DNA of 12,670 bases from Candidatus Latescibacterota bacterium (lineage in GTDB: Bacteria > Latescibacterota > UBA2968 > UBA8231): positions 1-12,670 of the forward strand of contig CBDCSU010000003.1 of assembly GCA_965221775.1 (NCBI GenBank). Reading direction: 5' to 3'. This document shows, piece after piece, positions 7,529 to 12,670 of the stretch. Position numbers and translations under genes: made by a program. The notes below the pieces were generated by a model. It was not told the origin of the DNA. It made no database searches and worked only from the letters and a program-made list of their open reading frames with translations. How positions within the stretch are numbered: position 1 is the stretch's first letter; every line of letters starts with the position of its first letter.

Positions 7529-9625
7529 GTGACCCCGAGCAAGGATTTCGCCAGGATGCTCCGCGCATTGGCGGTGATGGCCGTGGCCTGCGGCACTGCG
7601 GTCGAGGCCGAGGATCATCTCGTCGACCTGGAGCGGTGGCCAACGGCGATTCACTACCGGAACACCTTCGCCGCCGAAGGAGCCCGTCCCGGGACGCTGT
7701 ACGTCGCCGCCGTGGACAGCTTCCAGGTCTGGTTCAACGGTGAGCCGGTCGGAGCCGCCGCGGAAGCCCGGAGGGCCGCCGAGATCCCGGTGGAGGTGGC
7801 CAACGGCGGCAACCACATCGCCGTCCGGGTCGTGAACCACGGCCTTGGGGGGGGGCACGGCATGGTGTCCGTCGTCGCCGCCGATACGCTGGCGGGCGTA
7901 CATACCACGACGGACCGCAGCATCCAGAGCTGGTACTGGAGCGATGCGCCCCAGGACGACATCGACTGGACCACGGTTGAAGCGGAGGACCTCGAGTGGA
8001 GCCTGGTCCAGAAGGGCAGCTTCGACCTGGCGGGCGTGGAGGGCCTGCCCGCCGGGGCCCGATCCGCCGTGGCCGGGTTCCCCGGGGGGATCGATTCCGG
8101 CCATCCCGAAGGGGGGCTGCGTCTGAAGCAGATCGACGGCCAGAACCTGGCCGTCGGCACGCCGGCCAACCGCATCGAGGTCGTTGACGGCGATCTGAAC
8201 ACCTCCTGGGATCCCCCGGTCAACGCCTTGAACTTCACGGCCAGCCTCGACCTGCAGGTGCGGCGCAACATCCACACCTTGCGCGCCCTGACTCGGCCCG
8301 GCCGCAGCGAGCAGGAGTTGGAGGACAACTCTCTACGCGGTTACTCGGTGCACATCAGCGACGATCAGATCCGGTGGTCGGAGGTCGGCGTCCTGCGGGG
8401 CATCACCGAGTACGCCAGCACCGAGGTGAATTTCCGGCCTACCTGGACTCGCTACATCCGCCTGGTCATCATGGAGATCAATGCCGTCACCCAGCCCAGG
8501 GTGGCGGAAGTGGAGGTCTACGGGTCCGGCCATACCGACCGGGGAGTCTTCGTCTCCGAACCGCTGGATTTCGGATTGGCCGACACGGCCAAGAACCTCG
8601 GCCGCCTGTGGTGGCAGGCCGAGGTGCCGGAACGCACCCAGCTGTCGGTGCAGTTCCGCAGCGGCCAGACGCAGGAGGACTTCGGCGACCCGGAGGCGGG
8701 CTGGAGCCGGACCTTCGACGGCCCCGGCGACACCCTCTGGTTTCCCGCGGCGGAGCCGGCCCGCCTGCTGCAGTATCGCGTCAGCATGTCGACGCGCGAC
8801 GATACCCGCACGCCCGTCTTCCGCCAGCTCGTCATCGAGAGTTCCCAGGACCTGGCCGCCGCCGAGGCGCGGGCTCACGTCAGTCCCAAGACGGCGCGCA
8901 TCGGTGTGGATACGACGTTCCACTATACCCTGGACCTGAGCTTCGGCGACGAGGCCCAGGGAGTGGAGCGTCTGGCCATCGAGGTCCCGAGCCAGGCGGA
9001 GTTGCTGTCGGTCTCGGGACTGGGGCCTCGATCGGTCCGCTCCTGGTCGTCGACGCAGCGCAGCCTGCAGCTGGAGTTCGACGAGCCCTTGCGGGAGGAT
9101 ACCCAACTGGTCATCTCCTTCCGCACCACGACATTCGCCACGGCCCACGGCTTCCGCTCCGCCCTGTTCTCGCCGGGCTCGGAGAACCCCCTCAACGTGC
9201 AGGAGAACACGGACCTCGACGAGGTGACGGGGGAGGCCCTCTCCTGGCACTTGCTGGCCATCCTGGCTCCCCAGGAGGTCCTGTCCCGGGTGCGGCCCAA
9301 TCCCCCGGTCTTCTCGCCGAATGGCGACGGGATCAACGACTTCACGGTCATCGAGATGGTGCTGTCCAAGGTAGACATCCCCGCGCCGGTAAAGGTCGAG
9401 GTCCATGACCTCTCGGGCCGCCGCGTGGCGAGTCTGGGCGAGGCGGGGCTGACGGCAGGCACCTACTTCTCGGACGCCTCAACCGGCCCCGGGAGTCCGG
9501 GGTACTGGGACGGACGCGACGGGTCGGGGGCGCTGGTGCCCCCGGGCCTGTATCTCTACCGCGTGGAGGTGCAGCTGGACACGGGTGACGAAGTCTCGGT
9601 GGGAACCGTGGCCGTCGCCTACTGA
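7529..9625 (+). CDS. Secreted multidomain beta-sandwich protein: sugar-binding-type jelly roll, discoidin (F5/8 type C)-like domain, C-terminal CHU_C / FlgD-Ig-like domain
   Basis: GTG start with GGAGG at 7519-7523 and a signal peptide ending AVEA-E. LYVAAVDSFQVWFNGEPVG...GGNHIAVRVVN is galactose-binding-like. NLAVG..VVDGDLNTSW...YSVHISDDQIRW...TRYIRLVI...VAEVEVYG (~8141-8524) is discoidin-like. The tail reads PNPPVFSPNGDGIND...VHDLSGRRV...WDGRDGSGALVPPGLYLYRV. Confidence 0.87.
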   Translation: MTPSKDFARMLRALAVMAVACGTAVEAEDHLVDLERWPTAIHYRNTFAAEGARPGTLYVAAVDSFQVWFNGEPVGAAAEARRAAEIPVEVANGGNHIAVRVVNHGLGGGHGMVSVVAADTLAGVHTTTDRSIQSWYWSDAPQDDIDWTTVEAEDLEWSLVQKGSFDLAGVEGLPAGARSAVAGFPGGIDSGHPEGGLRLKQIDGQNLAVGTPANRIEVVDGDLNTSWDPPVNALNFTASLDLQVRRNIHTLRALTRPGRSEQELEDNSLRGYSVHISDDQIRWSEVGVLRGITEYASTEVNFRPTWTRYIRLVIMEINAVTQPRVAEVEVYGSGHTDRGVFVSEPLDFGLADTAKNLGRLWWQAEVPERTQLSVQFRSGQTQEDFGDPEAGWSRTFDGPGDTLWFPAAEPARLLQYRVSMSTRDDTRTPVFRQLVIESSQDLAAAEARAHVSPKTARIGVDTTFHYTLDLSFGDEAQGVERLAIEVPSQAELLSVSGLGPRSVRSWSSTQRSLQLEFDEPLREDTQLVISFRTTTFATAHGFRSALFSPGSENPLNVQENTDLDEVTGEALSWHLLAILAPQEVLSRVRPNPPVFSPNGDGINDFTVIEMVLSKVDIPAPVKVEVHDLSGRRVASLGEAGLTAGTYFSDASTGPGSPGYWDGRDGSGALVPPGLYLYRVEVQLDTGDEVSVGTVAVAY

Positions 9626-9650
9626 CCGCCGGCGACCTGAGATGATCGGC

Positions 9651-12353
9651 ATGACTCCCACGCCGGGCACGGGGCGCAACCGGCGGGCCGTGAGGGTTGG
9701 CATGGGAGCCCTCATGGCGCTGCTGGCCGGAGCCGGCGATTCCGGGGGGCAGTCCCTCGACCGGGACATCGAGTGGGGCTACCAGCAGTTCCTGACGCGC
9801 GAGTACCGGCCCTTCTGGGACGAGCGCTACGAGAACCTCTCCTTCCTCAGCTACCGGAACTTCCCCATTCGAGGGGAGCAGCCCAGGTACGACCCCTTCG
9901 GGCTCTACCTGCTCGACGGCAGCGAGATCCTCCGCATCGAGGAGTACCGGACCTTGCATCCGGGCGACAGTTCCCGGATCCCCACGGGCCCGAACTTCGG
10001 ACAGTTCCGGAACCTCGTGATCATGAAAGATCACTATGGCAGCTGGTCGACGCGGCTGATGCTCGGACAACGCCTGAAGGCCCACCTGTCACCCCTGTCG
10101 CACGCCCGGGCGACCTTCGACGGCATCCGGTGGGACGCCTCCTCGCACCGCAACATGATCTCCATCCTCACATCCCGTGTCTCCCACCGGCCCGCAAGGG
10201 CTCCCCGGACCATACCCTTCGGGACCTATCTCTACGGGGGCCGGTGGCAGAGCCAGCTGGGCGATATCGCCACCTTCGGGGCGACCTACGCCGATGTCCA
10301 CCTGCGCGACACCACTCAGAGGAAGGGTGATTTCCGCGGCGTCTTTCCGAAGGACCTGAACCCCGCGGACTCCTATTTCGTCATCGTCAGCGACGACAGT
10401 CCCGAGGACGGTGTGGGACCGCTGGTGTACGCCGTCGAGATGTGGTCCCGGGGGAGGCGGGTGGAGGCCCAGGCCGAGGCGCGCTGGGTCCTGGGCTCGG
10501 CGCGCGCCGATGACGTGGCTCACATCCGCAGAAACGGGTCGTGGGCGGTTCTGTCCATGGAGGCGGACCGGTTGCTTAAGCCGGTACAGCCGGGGAGAGG
10601 GCGCTTCTACAGCAGCGGCATCCCCGCCGTGGTCGACGGCCGCGGCACCGAGGTGGCCGGCACCGACCTGCTCGTATTCCGCTTCGACGCGCCCGCCGAG
10701 CCGGAGGAGCTGCACTTCCGGGTGCTGGCCTCGGGCGACTACAACCTCGACCTGGGCGCCTCCTACGTGCTGGTGGAGGTGCCCGACCGGGCCTGGTCCG
10801 ACTGGCACAACGTGGTCCGGGCGCCGGGCAACGTCCGCGACGGATCGAACCTCGGCTGGGTCGATCTCCGCTACGGTTTCCCCACGGGCCTGGCGAATCT
10901 CGGCGCCGATATCGAGATCAACCTGTGGGACGTGGAGATGAAAGGCGAGTACGTCCACAACACCTCGAACTACCAAGTCCCGATCTTCGGCGATCACTTC
11001 CGGCAGCGCACGGCGGCGTGGTATCTGAAGGGCGTGCGCCGCATGGGCGAAGGCTGGCGGCTGGGCGGCGAGATCCATCACATGCCGTCCGACTACGTCA
11101 ACTCCCTGCCCATGTGGTCGCACAGCGCCCACAAGGTCCTGGCCTACCACATGGTGGAGGACAACGACGACCGCGACGAGTGGCCGGACGAGTACGAACA
11201 CTGGGATCCCCTGCACCCCACGTACATCATCAACAAGCGGAACAACGTCGACGTGGACGCGCTCCTGTCCGAGGTGAGCAGCGACTACGGCTTCGGAGGG
11301 GACTTCACCTACGGCGTGTATCCGGGTCTCGACGCGGACCAGGACGGCCAGCCGGACACCAACGTCAACCGCAACGAGTTCGCCGACTACGTGGAGCCCT
11401 TCCTGATGTACTACGTGGAGCCGGACGAGTTCGTCTACGGGGACGACTTCAACAACAATGGCGTCGTCGATGGCCGTGAGAACGACAATCGCCCCGACTA
11501 TCCCTATCCGCTGGATACCGACGGCTACCACGTCTTCGGGAGCTATCGCGGAGCCGGCCGGGTCGGTGCCCGCCTCGGCCGCTACGAGGTTCACCAGACG
11601 GCCGGGGACGGCCGCAACGAGGTCTCCTATGCCGAGGCCCGCTATCGGTGGCGGATGTCCGCCGCCGGCAGCCTGGACCTGCGCTACCGCCTTCGACGGG
11701 TGAGGGACGACATCCCCGACCCTACGTACATCACGGTCGTGGAGCCCCTGTCGGCGACCAACCGGGCCACGGCGATTCATCCCGACCGGCTGCTGACGCG
11801 CAACAGCCTCGTCAACACCGTCTACGCCGAGTCCTTCTATAGTGGAGTGGACGGCCTGACCGTGGTGAATGCCACCAAGGTGGACGTCAACCGCCGTCTG
11901 GACGACCGGCAGGGCAGGGGCCGCAACATCACGGACTGGACCTGGGTCAGCAAGGCGGACTACGCCGTCGGATTCTCCGAGCACCTGACCTTCACCCCCA
12001 TGGCCAAGCTGCTCGTGCAGCGCCTGGACGGCCCCGGCGATCTCATCACCGACCGCCACACGTGGGAGTGGTTTCCGATCCTGCGCCTCGACCTCGCCTT
12101 CAGCAAGACCACCGGAATCCGAACCGGTGTGCAAGGGTTCCCCTTCAAGCACCGCTACCGCCACGCCGAGTCCAGGTCCTCCAGCTTCGACGCCCGGCAC
12201 TACGTGTTCACCTTCCACACCCGGCGCAGCTATACCGGCTACAGCGCCAGCATCAACGTCGGCCTGCGCCGCAGCCGTGAGCAGCTGATCAACCTGGAGG
12301 CCGGGAGCGTGCGGGATTTCACCCAGTTCTTCGTACAGGGGCGGATCCTCTGA
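9651..12353 (+). CDS. Uncharacterised ~900 aa exported protein, probable outer-membrane beta-barrel with acidic Ca-binding-like loops
   Basis: Basic plus hydrophobic signal peptide (ATG 9651 or 9642; the ORF-track start 9585 overlaps the previous gene). Many amphipathic strands with aromatic residues: YLYGGRWQSQLG, VEMKGEYVHN, AWYLKGVRR, WTWVSKADYAV, LTFTPMAKL, FPILRLDLAF and terminal FTQFFVQGRIL. DxDxDG-like loops lie at about 11160-11510. Confidence 0.75.
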   Translation: MTPTPGTGRNRRAVRVGMGALMALLAGAGDSGGQSLDRDIEWGYQQFLTREYRPFWDERYENLSFLSYRNFPIRGEQPRYDPFGLYLLDGSEILRIEEYRTLHPGDSSRIPTGPNFGQFRNLVIMKDHYGSWSTRLMLGQRLKAHLSPLSHARATFDGIRWDASSHRNMISILTSRVSHRPARAPRTIPFGTYLYGGRWQSQLGDIATFGATYADVHLRDTTQRKGDFRGVFPKDLNPADSYFVIVSDDSPEDGVGPLVYAVEMWSRGRRVEAQAEARWVLGSARADDVAHIRRNGSWAVLSMEADRLLKPVQPGRGRFYSSGIPAVVDGRGTEVAGTDLLVFRFDAPAEPEELHFRVLASGDYNLDLGASYVLVEVPDRAWSDWHNVVRAPGNVRDGSNLGWVDLRYGFPTGLANLGADIEINLWDVEMKGEYVHNTSNYQVPIFGDHFRQRTAAWYLKGVRRMGEGWRLGGEIHHMPSDYVNSLPMWSHSAHKVLAYHMVEDNDDRDEWPDEYEHWDPLHPTYIINKRNNVDVDALLSEVSSDYGFGGDFTYGVYPGLDADQDGQPDTNVNRNEFADYVEPFLMYYVEPDEFVYGDDFNNNGVVDGRENDNRPDYPYPLDTDGYHVFGSYRGAGRVGARLGRYEVHQTAGDGRNEVSYAEARYRWRMSAAGSLDLRYRLRRVRDDIPDPTYITVVEPLSATNRATAIHPDRLLTRNSLVNTVYAESFYSGVDGLTVVNATKVDVNRRLDDRQGRGRNITDWTWVSKADYAVGFSEHLTFTPMAKLLVQRLDGPGDLITDRHTWEWFPILRLDLAFSKTTGIRTGVQGFPFKHRYRHAESRSSSFDARHYVFTFHTRRSYTGYSASINVGLRRSREQLINLEAGSVRDFTQFFVQGRIL

Positions 12354-12670
12354 TGGCCCTCGGTCGGACGAAGTCCACCGCCGCTTCCCTCGTCCTGCTG
12401 CTGGCCATGGCGGCGGATCCGCCGGCCCCGGCGTCGGCGCAGATGCTGTGGAACCACGAGGAGTGGCGCTACGTCAACTACGCCCGTCAGGGATACCGGC
12501 CCTACACCGGCGGCGTCTGGTCCGAGCTGCGCAAGCCCGCCTTTGACGAGTTGGGCAACTACCTGATGCAAGGGGTTCAGGTCTTTCGCACCGAGGAGGC
12601 CCGTGAGAACGACCCCCTGGCGGGCAGCCTCGTGGACGAGTCGGTCGAATACCGCATCAACCTGAACCGC
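12353..12670 (+). CDS. 3'-truncated paralog of the preceding probable beta-barrel protein (absent from the ORF track)
   Basis: TGATG stop/start overlap at 12351-12355, then 106 open codons to the edge: MALGRTKSTAASLVLLLAMAADPPAPASA-QMLWNHEEWRYVNYARQGYRPYTGGVWSELRKPAFDELGNYLMQGVQVFRTEEAR... PAFDELGNYLMQGVQVFRTEEAR aligns without gaps to PRYDPFGLYLLDGSEILRIEEYR in the upstream protein. Confidence 0.85.
   Translation, partial: MALGRTKSTAASLVLLLAMAADPPAPASAQMLWNHEEWRYVNYARQGYRPYTGGVWSELRKPAFDELGNYLMQGVQVFRTEEARENDPLAGSLVDESVEYRINLNR

Noticed and set aside
5434-12218. Long antisense ORFs 5434-7596, 7436-8275, 8333-9406 and 10089-12218
   Set aside because: They overlap well-supported + strand genes and show the V/D/E/H-rich composition typical of antisense frames.
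1-12670. CRISPR array, tRNA/rRNA, IS or integrase, defence genes
   Set aside because: No spaced direct repeats, RNA gene signatures, or transposase, recombinase or nuclease motifs were seen by eye. A formal scan was not possible.

Overview
High-GC bacterial window with eight protein-coding genes, two of them cut by the window edges, and no RNA gene, CRISPR array or mobile element that I can support. The left half holds a 5'-truncated Gfo/Idh/MocA-type oxidoreductase, a convergent lipoprotein sulfatase-like hydrolase lacking the canonical formylglycine motif, a divergent TPR (lipo)protein and a small lipoprotein. The right half is a co-directional cell-envelope cluster: a promoter and long leader, a secreted protein with FlgD-Ig-like domains at both ends and two Cys-Cys pairs, a strong terminator, a secreted jelly-roll/discoidin protein with an FSPNGDGIND/FlgD-type tail, a ~900 aa probable outer-membrane beta-barrel with Ca-binding-like loops, and a translationally coupled paralog of it that the ORF track missed. 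The gene style resembles FCB-group lineages such as Ca. Latescibacterota (inference only). The best candidate for an undescribed system is this module of CTD-tagged surface proteins plus tandem uncharacterised barrels. All family calls are from motif recognition by eye, not database searches.
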